In this document: positions 17,557 through 27,393 of the stretch, in pieces
Layout: each line of letters opens with the position of its first letter
How positions within the stretch are numbered: position 1 is the stretch's first letter
Translations under genes and position numbers: made by a program
IMG/VR virus record: IMGVR_UViG_3300029258_005166
Location: 32,001 to 96,000 of that record
Length of the DNA: 64,000 nucleotides
Direction: 5' to 3' (one strand)
From: a virus
Notes under the pieces: model-generated
What the model saw: only the letters and a program-made list of their open reading frames with translations
Databases searched by the model: none
What the model was told of the DNA's origin: nothing

Positions 17557-19685
17557 TGTTCCTGTTCTGGGGATTTGGGGGGAGAGAAAGGCTTGCTAAT
17601 TCTTTCTCGTTGCTCCGGTGATGTTAAAGGGGAAAGTCCTCGTATCATTTGTTCTCTTTCGGCCTTTCTTCTTTTAGCTTCTTCTTCCGGTAGTCCGTAC
17701 AGTAGATGTTTCAATGGAATCATTTCTGATACCTTGGCATATCCATGTGTCACAGGAATCTTAATTGTTTTAAGGGCATTCCTTCCTTTATCGAGCCAAT
17801 TGTTGACCATACCTGTTGTCGCTGGAATAAATGGCAACATCGTATCTGTGAGGCTGTCAATCAAATCTTTTAACTCAAATATGGCAATAGCATTTCCCGA
17901 TTTCCAAGGAGCTTTCTGTAATTGACGCAAGTAATCTCGTATATCATGGATAACGTTGTGTACAGCAACCGTTTGCTGTCTCGTTCTCTTGTCAAGTTCT
18001 TTTCTTCGCTCCACGATAGCGTCAAACATTCTGCTGTGTCCTCTTCCCAAGGAACTTCCTTCGCCGCGTCCCAGCTTCGCAATCTTTTTTACCCCAGCCA
18101 AAGCCTTCTCCAAATGTTCCTGGCTCCTTTGTGCCATTTGTGTTGTGTGCTTTTCTTGGCCTGCTGCCGAGGGCCTTTGCATCGGAACGATCTTTTGTCC
18201 TCGCACTTGGGGAACAGGAGGAAGAGCCCACAAGGGGATTCTAATCATGAGTTGATTCAGCCTGTCTTCTCTCCCCTTCCACAATTTATGTTCTTTGCTC
18301 CCCGGCCTATGTTTGTATCTTTGATTGGTTGCGTTATTCCAATCTTTTTTCATTTGTTGAAGCAGTGTGTCTACGGCTGCCATTTGTTCATCAAGCAATC
18401 GGTCAATCTCCGCTTTGTTTTTAAAGACGTTCTCATTAAGGGTTTTTTGAATATCATTCGGCAATTTGGCTATAACATTCGGTGCCGAACGCATAAAATC
18501 CTCTGATCTCTCTTTCCGTGCCTCATGCTCCAGTTTGTTCCATTCCGCCGCACAATGTCGTTGAGCCCCTCCTTCTTTTAGTCCCACCGATCTCATTCCA
18601 GCACTAATGTGTGGTTCGTATTCGCCCCGTTCATTTTTATTGAAACCATAGTAACAAAGCAATATCATTGCTTGTCGATAACCCTCATCCCCGGTCTGCT
18701 TCAACTGCTCTAATGCTCGAAATAGTAGTTCTTCTCTCTCCGATTGCATTAACTCTCTGTCGGGAATTTTGAATGGTGAGCGGCCAAAAGTCTCTGCCCC
18801 ACCACCGGGTCGTTGGCCACCTTTGCCCGTTACGACGGTTGGGGCGGTTTCTCTGCCCATTACTGGATCTCCCACTCGACCCCGTCTAGCACCTCCAATA
18901 CCAAGACCCGGCTCCCATTCTTCTCCTTCCTCGCCAGCACCGATTTCAGTCGGAACCATGAGGTGACCCCTCTTTTTTTCTCTCGCCTGTATTTGGGCAA
19001 TCTGCTCTGGACTCATTCCCCGATATTTTTCGGCCTCTTTTTCAGCTTTCTCTTCGGGAGTCATTTCTACCGACTGAAAAAAAGGTTTTGCCCTTAGTTT
19101 TTCCTGAGTCCGAAGGATGTCGCTTCCACGCTTTGCTAGGAGAGGCATATATGCTGCTACACCTCGCTGAAAAATATCACTGATCGGCTTGTATTGTCCT
19201 TTTGATTTCTCGGTAATCTGTGTGAGTAATTTTTCAAACATCGGACCAATAATTTCAAGAGCCCTTTCAGGGTTGCCTGTTTTTCGTTCGGCGGCTGTCC
19301 TCGCTACTTCAAACAATTCCCCGATTACGTCCCTGGCTCGTTCTATGTCGTTCGCAAGTGCCACCGCATTTGGATATCGTTGTCGAGCCTCCTCGGGCAT
19401 ACCTCGTTCTAGTTGTTCGGGACTCATGGCATCTAGAATACTAACCGCCTTTCCACGTTGTTGGCTAAGTGTTGCCATCTTCTCCTCTACAGCCGCACGT
19501 TCTTGACGTGACAATTGCTTAGATGCCTCCTCTTTTAGCTGGGCATGCCAACGCATAGTATGGGCAGCATCGATATACTTCTGCTCATCTCCTCCTTGTT
19601 CCAGAAAGAGACAAACGGCTTCAACGACAACCCGCTTAATATCTTGAACGTTTTCTTCTAAGCAGAGCCATTCCCTAAACAACAT
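17553..19685 (-). CDS. Large putative virion protein with divergent sigma region 4-like segments
   Basis: Starts MLFREWLCLEE after a GAGG RBS; contains LFRALEQL..RQAMILLCYYG and TTGMVNNWLDKGRNALK. Confidence 0.6.
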   Translation of the reverse strand: MLFREWLCLEENVQDIKRVVVEAVCLFLEQGGDEQKYIDAAHTMRWHAQLKEEASKQLSRQERAAVEEKMATLSQQRGKAVSILDAMSPEQLERGMPEEARQRYPNAVALANDIERARDVIGELFEVARTAAERKTGNPERALEIIGPMFEKLLTQITEKSKGQYKPISDIFQRGVAAYMPLLAKRGSDILRTQEKLRAKPFFQSVEMTPEEKAEKEAEKYRGMSPEQIAQIQAREKKRGHLMVPTEIGAGEEGEEWEPGLGIGGARRGRVGDPVMGRETAPTVVTGKGGQRPGGGAETFGRSPFKIPDRELMQSEREELLFRALEQLKQTGDEGYRQAMILLCYYGFNKNERGEYEPHISAGMRSVGLKEGGAQRHCAAEWNKLEHEARKERSEDFMRSAPNVIAKLPNDIQKTLNENVFKNKAEIDRLLDEQMAAVDTLLQQMKKDWNNATNQRYKHRPGSKEHKLWKGREDRLNQLMIRIPLWALPPVPQVRGQKIVPMQRPSAAGQEKHTTQMAQRSQEHLEKALAGVKKIAKLGRGEGSSLGRGHSRMFDAIVERRKELDKRTRQQTVAVHNVIHDIRDYLRQLQKAPWKSGNAIAIFELKDLIDSLTDTMLPFIPATTGMVNNWLDKGRNALKTIKIPVTHGYAKVSEMIPLKHLLYGLPEEEAKRRKAEREQMIRGLSPLTSPEQRERISKPFSPPKSPEQEQ

Positions 19686-19738
19686 TTGTATTACCTCACT
19701 GGAGTATATAGGATTTTCGTCTCCATTTAGTGAGGTAG

Positions 19739-19769
19739 TCGCCCGCTCCCGCATTGCGGGAGCGGGCGA
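19739..19769. repeat. Perfect 14-bp hairpin with triloop and no T-tract on the coding strand
   Basis: TCGCCCGCTCCCGC-ATT-GCGGGAGCGGGCGA. Confidence 0.75.
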
Positions 19770-19775
19770 GCTTGT

Positions 19776-20678
19776 TTATTGATTCTTAAGCCATTTATAG
19801 TATTCTCGGATTCCTGCTTTAATATCAAATTTTGGATTCCATTTGAGCTTACTAACAGCTTTTATGACACTGCATTCGGTGTGATTTTGGTAACTTTGTT
19901 CATAAGGATTTGGGATATATTCGGGAGAAATCTCGGTTTCCATAACCTCGTTCCAGGCTTCGACGATATCGTTGAATGAGACGGCTTTACCAAAACCGAC
20001 GTTGAAAATACCGCTACCTGAATACTGGCTTGCCAACAGATTGATTTTAACTACGTCTTCGATGTAGCACCAATCTCGTTTTTGCTCTCCATCTGAGAAC
20101 AATTTGGGGGATTCTCCATTCTTCATCTTTTGGTAGATCTGATATACCATACTGGCTCTTTTTCCTTTATGGCTCTCTCCTGGTCCGTAGACGTTGCAAT
20201 ATCTGAGTCCAATAATGTTTGCTCTAACCTCGTCGGAAAAATTCTTGGCGAAGCTATCGAACAGGGCTTTCGAAATACCATAAGTGTTGAGAGGCCTTAT
20301 ATAGGTCATGTCGTCTTCTCGATACGGGACACAAGCATCTCCGTAAACTGCTGTGGAAGAAGCATAGACAAATTGTCTGCATCCGCCCTCATAGGCCTTT
20401 CTAAATAGCTCTTTTGGGGCTTCAACATTTGCTCGACTCATTTCGCGAGAATCGTTATCTAAAGTATCGTTATTAGCTGCTTGATGGAAAACGATATCTA
20501 AACTTTTCACTTCTTTCCAGTCAATTCCGGTTAGATGGCAATTAAGCAATTTAACTTTGCCGGGCAACTTATTTTCTGTTTGGCATCCCGTAGCAGTTAC
20601 CGAATGCCCCAATTCTACTAGAATTTTTACTAAATTTGAACCAATAAAGCCTGTTCCCCCCGTGACTAACACTCGCAT
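19776..20678 (-). CDS. NAD-dependent epimerase (ADP-heptose 6-epimerase, HldD/RfaD-like)
   Basis: TGGTGFIGSN, YASS.AVYG, PLN.YG.SK and NVYGPGESHKG..ASM motifs. Confidence 0.88.
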   Translation of the reverse strand: MRVLVTGGTGFIGSNLVKILVELGHSVTATGCQTENKLPGKVKLLNCHLTGIDWKEVKSLDIVFHQAANNDTLDNDSREMSRANVEAPKELFRKAYEGGCRQFVYASSTAVYGDACVPYREDDMTYIRPLNTYGISKALFDSFAKNFSDEVRANIIGLRYCNVYGPGESHKGKRASMVYQIYQKMKNGESPKLFSDGEQKRDWCYIEDVVKINLLASQYSGSGIFNVGFGKAVSFNDIVEAWNEVMETEISPEYIPNPYEQSYQNHTECSVIKAVSKLKWNPKFDIKAGIREYYKWLKNQ

Positions 20679-20743
20679 AATTTCTCCCCTTTTTTAGCAT
20701 TTCCCTCTGGCGTAATCTAGTCTGATTTGTTAAAATTGTCAAT

Positions 20744-20884
20744 ATGAATGATGTAGAAAAAACCCTTCTAGAAGAGAAACAAAGGTTCCTTTTGAAAATA
20801 ATAGAGTGGGCCCAAAAGCATGGTAAGAAAGTCGAACTACTGACTATGAGTGAAATTTTAAAGGCCGCTAGGTGTAAACTCTAG
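20744..20884 (+). CDS. Small hypothetical protein, not in the ORF track
   Basis: MNDVEKTLLEEKQRFLLKIIEWAQKHG...CKL*, 46 aa. Confidence 0.4.
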   Translation: MNDVEKTLLEEKQRFLLKIIEWAQKHGKKVELLTMSEILKAARCKL

Positions 20885-20981
20885 GTTTATGTAGCAAAGG
20901 TTTGCCTTTGCGAACTAATTTTTCTCGCCTTTGCTGGCTCTTAGTACGTTCTTGTTTCTGAAGCCACTCTCGGAAATTCAT
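20868..20981 (-). CDS. Small CTS-tagged basic peptide, not in the ORF track
   Basis: MNFREWLQKQERTKSQQRREKLVRKGKPLLHKPRVYT*; CTAAATA box 4 nt before ATG. Confidence 0.65.
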   Translation of the reverse strand: MNFREWLQKQERTKSQQRREKLVRKGKPLLHKPRVYT

Positions 20982-21017
20982 ACCCTATTTAGACATTAGG
21001 CGACTAGATATGGTTGT

Positions 21018-21329
21018 ATGAAACCCATGAATTTTCGAGAGTTTGTTTATCAAGAAAAACCTCGACAGAATTATGCTGATATCGAGGTTGCGAATCTCTA
21101 TTTTCACAATCAACTTAAAGTCAGGGAGATTTCCGAACTAACCGGCAGATCAATTGGTGAAATTTACAGGGTAATTCGCATACAAGGTGAACCAAATCGA
21201 AAACGGCGAGATCAAGGAAACGTAATCGCCCTGGCCGATTCGGGCCTTGGACTCAGAACAATTTCCGATCTTACGGGCTACACAACTAGGCATATTCGAA
21301 ATATCTTGAAAAATGGTAAGTCCGACTGA
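21018..21329 (+). CDS. Tandem HTH DNA-binding protein with CTS-like start
   Basis: VREISELTGRSIGEIYR and LRTISDLTGYTTRHIR helices; MNFREFVYQE segment. Confidence 0.75.
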   Translation: MKPMNFREFVYQEKPRQNYADIEVANLYFHNQLKVREISELTGRSIGEIYRVIRIQGEPNRKRRDQGNVIALADSGLGLRTISDLTGYTTRHIRNILKNGKSD

Positions 21330-22107
21330 CATAACCTTCGTTTATTCTGGTGGCGAGACAAATCGAGAGATAGAGTCTTCCTTAGGTGGTAGTGCGTCAA
21401 TCTATCCTATCGTAGAAGGATTAAACAACCTTTTCCCAAACATAGAAGAATCGAGCATCCAGAATACCGATTTTACCGACTATCGTTGTCTCTATATGTT
21501 CAATGATAGCTTAATAGATCCCTTCTCCAATGTCACAATTGCCATGTCAGAGAATCTTGAAGTCTTTATTGGATTAGATGAATTTCTTGATGACGAGCAA
21601 TCTGTTTTGATTACAGGAACAGCTACCGGAGGATCAGTAACTCTCAAATACGAAGAGACAAACCTTGTTTGGAATTATGATGCAGATGTAGACACATGGG
21701 CGAACAATTTAAAAATAGCCTTAAACAATTTGTCGGTTCTTTCTGAGGTTGTCGTGACTGGAATCAGCATTGTTGGGGGAACTCTTTTTACGGCAACATT
21801 TGCAGGAGCCGATGGAAATCGAAACCACCAACTGCTTGAATTGGTTTCCAATGACTTGACTGGAATCACTGATATTACTATTGAAAAAGAAATTGAAGGT
21901 GGGCCCATCAACAAAACCACCACAACAATAGCAACTCCAACTGTTTCTCCTGCTAATGTTGCCTTTGGGCAACCAATTCTTGAGGTCTGGGAAATTGGAA
22001 ATATGCATCCCGGTGACCGACTGCCAATTTGGGTAAAGAGAAATATTCTTCAAGGAACTACTCCTTTAATTAGCGACGGCGTGTCGTTAACAATTGAGGG
22101 AGACTAA
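21313..22107 (+). CDS. Probable virion structural protein
   Basis: Thr/Gly-rich beta-type composition; SLGG..S and NNLF motifs. Confidence 0.55.
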   Translation: MVSPTDITFVYSGGETNREIESSLGGSASIYPIVEGLNNLFPNIEESSIQNTDFTDYRCLYMFNDSLIDPFSNVTIAMSENLEVFIGLDEFLDDEQSVLITGTATGGSVTLKYEETNLVWNYDADVDTWANNLKIALNNLSVLSEVVVTGISIVGGTLFTATFAGADGNRNHQLLELVSNDLTGITDITIEKEIEGGPINKTTTTIATPTVSPANVAFGQPILEVWEIGNMHPGDRLPIWVKRNILQGTTPLISDGVSLTIEGD

Positions 22108-22790
22108 TGGAGTGTCCGCTAACCGGTAAACCTTGCGAAAAACCTAAACCTTATTCGATTACCGAAATAGAAAATGGGCAAGTGTACACTTTTAAACTTT
22201 GTGAAGATTGCATTCTTGCCTATATCGAAAAACAGAAAAGCAATCCAGTTCAAAAGACGGTAAATGTGATACAGAAACTCGTAAAAACTCTTGGCACATT
22301 ATTGGGGATGTTAACCAAGACTAAACCCGAACCCGAACCCGAACCTGAATCCAAACCCGAAAAGATTCTATCATCAATGGATATTCGTTGTCCTGTTTGT
22401 GGTTCAGCATTTACGGACTTGGCATCTAAAATGAAATTTGGTTGTCCCCAATGCTTCGAAACATTCTCAGGGCCAACTATTCATCTTGTTAAAACGCTTC
22501 AAGATGGTTTAAAACATGTAGGGAAGGTTCCCAAAACACATGGAGTAAGTCATAAATCGAAAAAGAAAATCAACCCTGCCAGATATCTTGCCATCAAACA
22601 AGGCCAGATGGAAGATGCGGTTGTTGCAGAAGATTATGAGAAGGCCGCTTTAATTCGCGATCAGATGCAGATTTTTGAAAATCTCATTCATTCGTTCAAA
22701 GAAGCATCAGAGCAAAAAGATCAACAGCGAATTGTTGTCACTTATCGTGAGATTCGCAAATTTGTGGATAACGATCAGGACTACGGCTAA
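22107..22790 (+). CDS. McsA-like protein (CxxC repeats plus UVR domain)
   Basis: LCEDC, CPVCG, GCPQCF, HVGKVP and AV.AEDYEKAALIRD motifs. Confidence 0.8.
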   Translation: MECPLTGKPCEKPKPYSITEIENGQVYTFKLCEDCILAYIEKQKSNPVQKTVNVIQKLVKTLGTLLGMLTKTKPEPEPEPESKPEKILSSMDIRCPVCGSAFTDLASKMKFGCPQCFETFSGPTIHLVKTLQDGLKHVGKVPKTHGVSHKSKKKINPARYLAIKQGQMEDAVVAEDYEKAALIRDQMQIFENLIHSFKEASEQKDQQRIVVTYREIRKFVDNDQDYG

Positions 22791-24976
22791 CCTTCTATTG
22801 CGTCCATGAGTTTTCTTGGATCTATAATACCATATCCTTCAAAAAACTTTCTTCCCGCGAGCTTTCTATTGCGAATCGGAGTTGTATGGGTTCTGAGTAC
22901 CTTGCGATAATCATCAACTGTTTTCAATGTTAGTTGATCGGTCTTTCTGCTGTAAGCCAACAACAATGCTGCCACTCCACAGGCAAACGGAGCCGCCATA
23001 CTGGTTCCCGAGAGAAAGGCATACCAATTGTCGGGGACCGTGCTGAAAATCCTTCCGCCCGGTGCCATAAAATCTAATTGTTTACCAGTATTTGAAAAAT
23101 CAGATCTATCTAGGTCTTCATCAATAGAGCCAATCGAAATTGTTTCGGGATAAGCCGCTGGGTAGAAAACTTCGTCTGTTCTGCCCGCATTGCCAGCCGC
23201 GACGAAGCACGGGATTCCTCTCTTGGCCGCAAACTGTATGGCCTTACGAACCTGTTGAATGGGTCGTGGGGCTCCCAAAGACAAACACATCATGTCGGCA
23301 CCTTGAGTGACTGCCCAACGAATCCCTCTGGCTACATTTTCTAAGTTTCCATCGCCCTTCTCATTGAGAACCTTTACCGGCAATACCTTAGATTTGGGAG
23401 CCACACCGACCGTGCCGATCTTATTATCCAGGGCACAGATGATACCCGTGACGTGTGTGTTTGATACAAAGTGACCATTTGCAATATAAGTATTTGTTTT
23501 TTGGGTTGTGAAATCGTAAAAATTTCCTTCAAAAACTTCCTGATGGATATTTTTTATTCTTCTTATGGATCTTCTTTGACTGGTTTGATTTGCCAATATC
23601 CTTTGTTTTTTGTGCGGTGAAGCAATCCACTTAGCAATTTCCGCTGGCAATTTGCTGAAAACCACATTAAATATTGGAAATTTAAGGTTATTTTTTCCTC
23701 TGAATTTGTTTTTGTACCTAACAATACCAGCAGATATTCCAATTCCATTTAAGATTGCAGATAGATGTTCTGCAAAATCTTTTGAAACAGTAGTAACTCG
23801 ATTACCCGTGTTAGTTCTTGAAATACACCCATCACCATCAATAACACCACCAAGAAATGCTTGAATGATAGCAAGCGGTGATTTTCCTATAAATTCAGGC
23901 AAAGTCTGGAAATAAGTTTTTCCTTTTGATTTAATTCCTACCGCTTGCAATAGCAAAACAAGTCTTTTTGAATTTATCAACAATCTCGGACAGCGATTCT
24001 TTGGACAATCTATTCTACAATTGAATCCCAATTCTTTAAGAAATCTTTTTGCTTGTTCTAAGATCGCTTCATTTTTATTTGTTATGTCAACTCGATAGTT
24101 GCGATCATGAATGATATGGCCATCGGTCAACACTAAGCCACAAATATATGCCAATTTTTCATTTGCAAATTCGGTAGACATAACCCATTGTTTTTGCCGA
24201 CACTTTTTGCAATTTGATTTCGGGATTTTACATTTTGGGATATGCCCACAATTTTTGCATCTCCAAACTTCATACGTGATTCTGTAGGGCTCGCTTGAAA
24301 GGCTAACTGAACTATTGGATAAAATCAGCCTGTCTTCTTTGTCTAATTCATCTGCTCTTTTCTTGAAAATTTTTGACCTGCGTCCTTTTGTCATTCTCGA
24401 AACGATTACCGGGTGCCACGGTGTTAACTTCAATTCAAGTCCACCTTCCATCTCAATACAGATTAAATTGGTTTTTACTGGCATTTTGTGAACGTGCGTT
24501 ACAGTATCAACCACAGTTTTTTCTGTTTTTAGATCGAAAGAAATGGTTTTGATTCCTAGAGAAGAAACATCACGTAATTTTGATGTATACCCATCTGAAA
24601 ATTTTTGGTTTTGTTCCTGTACGGGCAACCGATTATAGAGTTCTTCTATGGTTTCTGTACCGCAAAAATTAGTTTGGATGATCGATGATGGATGGACACA
24701 TCCATGTTGATTGTCGTCCCAAGGTTTTCGTCGAGGATTGATGAAATTGACTCCGGGAAGAAGGTTTGCTTTGAGATCAGGATGATCTAAATCACAGCCT
24801 GTATCCAGAACAGCGACTTTTACACCCTCACCCTTAGTGATTTTCCATGCATCGGGCAAATCAAAAGTGCTTATACCCCAGCCCAAGTGCTGTCGGATTT
24901 CCTGTATGGATACAATCTCCTCCCTTTTGAAAGGAAATAGACTGCACTCTCCTTTCTTCTTTTTCTTAGCAGCCAT
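22787..24976 (-). CDS. S8 subtilisin-family protease containing an intein
   Basis: Catalytic motifs VAVLDTG, HG|THV, AAGN and SGTSMAAP. Confidence 0.92.
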   Translation of the reverse strand: MAAKKKKKGECSLFPFKREEIVSIQEIRQHLGWGISTFDLPDAWKITKGEGVKVAVLDTGCDLDHPDLKANLLPGVNFINPRRKPWDDNQHGCVHPSSIIQTNFCGTETIEELYNRLPVQEQNQKFSDGYTSKLRDVSSLGIKTISFDLKTEKTVVDTVTHVHKMPVKTNLICIEMEGGLELKLTPWHPVIVSRMTKGRRSKIFKKRADELDKEDRLILSNSSVSLSSEPYRITYEVWRCKNCGHIPKCKIPKSNCKKCRQKQWVMSTEFANEKLAYICGLVLTDGHIIHDRNYRVDITNKNEAILEQAKRFLKELGFNCRIDCPKNRCPRLLINSKRLVLLLQAVGIKSKGKTYFQTLPEFIGKSPLAIIQAFLGGVIDGDGCISRTNTGNRVTTVSKDFAEHLSAILNGIGISAGIVRYKNKFRGKNNLKFPIFNVVFSKLPAEIAKWIASPHKKQRILANQTSQRRSIRRIKNIHQEVFEGNFYDFTTQKTNTYIANGHFVSNTHVTGIICALDNKIGTVGVAPKSKVLPVKVLNEKGDGNLENVARGIRWAVTQGADMMCLSLGAPRPIQQVRKAIQFAAKRGIPCFVAAGNAGRTDEVFYPAAYPETISIGSIDEDLDRSDFSNTGKQLDFMAPGGRIFSTVPDNWYAFLSGTSMAAPFACGVAALLLAYSRKTDQLTLKTVDDYRKVLRTHTTPIRNRKLAGRKFFEGYGIIDPRKLMDAIEG
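23459..24700 (-). mobile_element. Intein (414 aa) with LAGLIDADG endonuclease
   Basis: Starts CVHPSS; block B LTPWHP; GLVLTDG and GVIDGDG; ends YDF...YIANGHFVSN followed by Thr+1. Confidence 0.92.
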
Positions 24977-24988
24977 AGTACCTCCTTG

Positions 24989-25450
24989 CTACTTTTCGGT
25001 TTTAAGCTTATCCCTCCATTCGCCGTTTCGATACTTGCCTACAATCCAATCAATAGAAGTCGAAATCAGGTTATAAATGATGTATTCTTTGATTTTCGCC
25101 GCAAACGGTTTTAGCCAGATAGGAACGGCTTCTTTGACAACATACTCATATAAAGCGTCAATATATTTCAATACAGTCGCCTTCTTGTCGGCCCCATCCT
25201 CTAGAACGTCATCAACCATGTTGATGAACTCATCCAAACTGTCAAGCAGAAACTTGGTCACGCTACCAAGATCAATTTTAGCTCCCCACTTCCAGAACTT
25301 CCAGAAGTCCCACCAACTTTTCTTTTTTTCTTCTTTAGAGGCATCCCATTCATCAGCAAGTGCCAATATCCGTCTGTCCATTTCCGCGATATTGTGTACT
25401 ACACCTGCTGGGTCCCCTTCTACTTTTTCCAAATTAAGTTTTCGAATCAT
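24989..25450 (-). CDS. Hypothetical helical protein
   Basis: 153 aa ORF upstream of the protease. Confidence 0.7.
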   Translation of the reverse strand: MIRKLNLEKVEGDPAGVVHNIAEMDRRILALADEWDASKEEKKKSWWDFWKFWKWGAKIDLGSVTKFLLDSLDEFINMVDDVLEDGADKKATVLKYIDALYEYVVKEAVPIWLKPFAAKIKEYIIYNLISTSIDWIVGKYRNGEWRDKLKTEK

Positions 25451-25452
25451 TT

Positions 25453-25755
25453 TTAACCCCCTATAATGTCAATCGCCTCTTGTAGTGTGCATAACTCCTC
25501 TTCAAGAAAAACGCGATTAAATGTGGTTTCGTACACTTTCACATCGGTTACGGGAAAACCACCGAAAAGGTAGCCATCGTTTAGAAAGCGAGCTTTAATA
25601 GTGACTTTTTCAAGGAAACCCTCTTCGGCACTTTTTAGTATGTAAACCGTTTCCATGATGTCGTATTTAAACATCACACCTCCCGCACAATCCTTGTGAT
25701 TTCCTACTCTATATAGGGTAGGGCAAGGGTAGTTTACATGACAAAAGTCAGACAA
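25453..25755 (-). CDS. Hypothetical protein
   Basis: Likely real start MFKYD after a GGAGG RBS. Confidence 0.6.
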   Translation of the reverse strand: MSDFCHVNYPCPTLYRVGNHKDCAGGVMFKYDIMETVYILKSAEEGFLEKVTIKARFLNDGYLFGGFPVTDVKVYETTFNRVFLEEELCTLQEAIDIIGG

Positions 25756-26688
25756 TCAACCGTGATAAGAAAAAAGAGTGTTTTATTTGTGTTGGGTGGC
25801 GGGATTGGAAACATAATTCAAGCCACACCAGCAATTAGGATCGCTTCCGTTGATTGGAATGTGGATGTTTTGCTACACTGTAACAGTACAAGCGATCTCA
25901 AGATTTTCGATATTCCCGAGATCCATAAACTTTATGTAAACACCGCACCCAGATTAAATTACGAATACCAACTCAATGGCCCATTTACTCCTGGGAAGAA
26001 GCACAAAGCCAATAAGGTGTGTAAATCTCGAATCCACTATGCCCAACACATCCCGGAGGCAAACGTTTACTTGGACTTGGTTGCCCAAATGGGAATGAAA
26101 ATAGATGAAATACCACACACCAAGATCAACATAGGCATCAAAGGACCCTATCCCAAAAACCATGAAACGGTGACCATCTATCCGGGATCTAAATACGAAT
26201 GGTCAATGAAGCGATGGGATAAATACGATGAGTTGGCTAAACATTTTGATAACGTGGTTGTAGTTGGCACACATAATGACATACATTCCAATGGTAAGCT
26301 CCCTTGGTTTACTAAACAATGGCATTGGCCCAAAAATACAGAATTTTTCAGCGGGACTTTGCAGGAAGCGGCCTTCATTATTTCAAAATGCAAAATGTTT
26401 GTTGGGAATGATGGGGGCTTGGCCCATGTTGCAGCCGCGACTAGTGTGCCAACATTCATCTTGTTTGGTCCCTCGTCCACAGTCAAGAACAAGCCACCGG
26501 TGCCCAATGCCAAAGTAATTGCAATGGATATTCCCTGTAGGCCCTGCCAATTCAGGACAGAATTTCCTGGCAGTAAGAAGCAGATATTCGGGGCAAACAA
26601 GAATGATTGCGAGCATCACATGAAGTGTTTGAGAGATCTGTCTGTGAGAAATGTTTTGAAACAAATCAAAAGTTACTCAAGAGGATAA
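25738..26688 (+). CDS. Glycosyltransferase family 9 (heptosyltransferase-like)
   Basis: GIGN....TP, KRW, VGNDGG.AHVAAA...PT..LFGP and CRPC motifs. Confidence 0.9.
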   Translation: MTKVRQSTVIRKKSVLFVLGGGIGNIIQATPAIRIASVDWNVDVLLHCNSTSDLKIFDIPEIHKLYVNTAPRLNYEYQLNGPFTPGKKHKANKVCKSRIHYAQHIPEANVYLDLVAQMGMKIDEIPHTKINIGIKGPYPKNHETVTIYPGSKYEWSMKRWDKYDELAKHFDNVVVVGTHNDIHSNGKLPWFTKQWHWPKNTEFFSGTLQEAAFIISKCKMFVGNDGGLAHVAAATSVPTFILFGPSSTVKNKPPVPNAKVIAMDIPCRPCQFRTEFPGSKKQIFGANKNDCEHHMKCLRDLSVRNVLKQIKSYSRG

Positions 26689-27377
26689 CCGAATCTATCC
26701 ATAAGCTCTTTGTTCGTTTTGATGACGGCCTCTCGCAGCTTTGGACTATACTTGCATTTTCCCTTCCACTCATGAGATCTCGATGTCACGTTCGCTTCGG
26801 GATAAGTCAGAATAACCGACTTGTCAAAATCCTCATTGGCTCTTTCCAGCACCGCGATCAAGTCGCGACGAAGGTATTCCGACTTCCCCACGAAATCTAC
26901 CTTCTTATCGCCCTCTTCCCATTTACCGTTTATCTTTTTGTAGCCCAGGCGTCCCAGCATAGCATTGCTGACAAAATCAGGGAAGTATTCCAGGTAGTAC
27001 CTGATAAACTCGCTGAAATCGTAACTGAGACAAACCGCTTCGATTTTTCGACTACCCAATTCCTTTTCTTTGAGCCACCTTTCTATCGCCCCCGTTCTTA
27101 TCGAATAAGACCATTTGCTTTGCAACCAAGTTAGAGGGTTTCTTACAAAGGTAAAAATCAATCTGTGTTTGGGCCTCGGATTGACTTTCGTCCAATTGTC
27201 AACCATCAAATCATCGTAGACTTGCTCGATACCCGAATGTCGTCTTTGTATAACAGTCTTTTCTGCGGGTCCACTCTCTAAGTACGGCATCTTCATGGCC
27301 CGAACCACTTGTCTACAAAACGATCCTCCTGTCTTGGGGATGTGGATCATTGCACTGTTAGGAAGAATTAGGGCCAT
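26673..27377 (-). CDS. Sulfotransferase family protein
   Basis: HIPKTGGS (5'PSB) and FVRNP..W..S (3'PB) motifs. Confidence 0.85.
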   Translation of the reverse strand: MALILPNSAMIHIPKTGGSFCRQVVRAMKMPYLESGPAEKTVIQRRHSGIEQVYDDLMVDNWTKVNPRPKHRLIFTFVRNPLTWLQSKWSYSIRTGAIERWLKEKELGSRKIEAVCLSYDFSEFIRYYLEYFPDFVSNAMLGRLGYKKINGKWEEGDKKVDFVGKSEYLRRDLIAVLERANEDFDKSVILTYPEANVTSRSHEWKGKCKYSPKLREAVIKTNKELMDRFGYPLE

Positions 27378-27393
27378 GTCTTAGATATGCATA

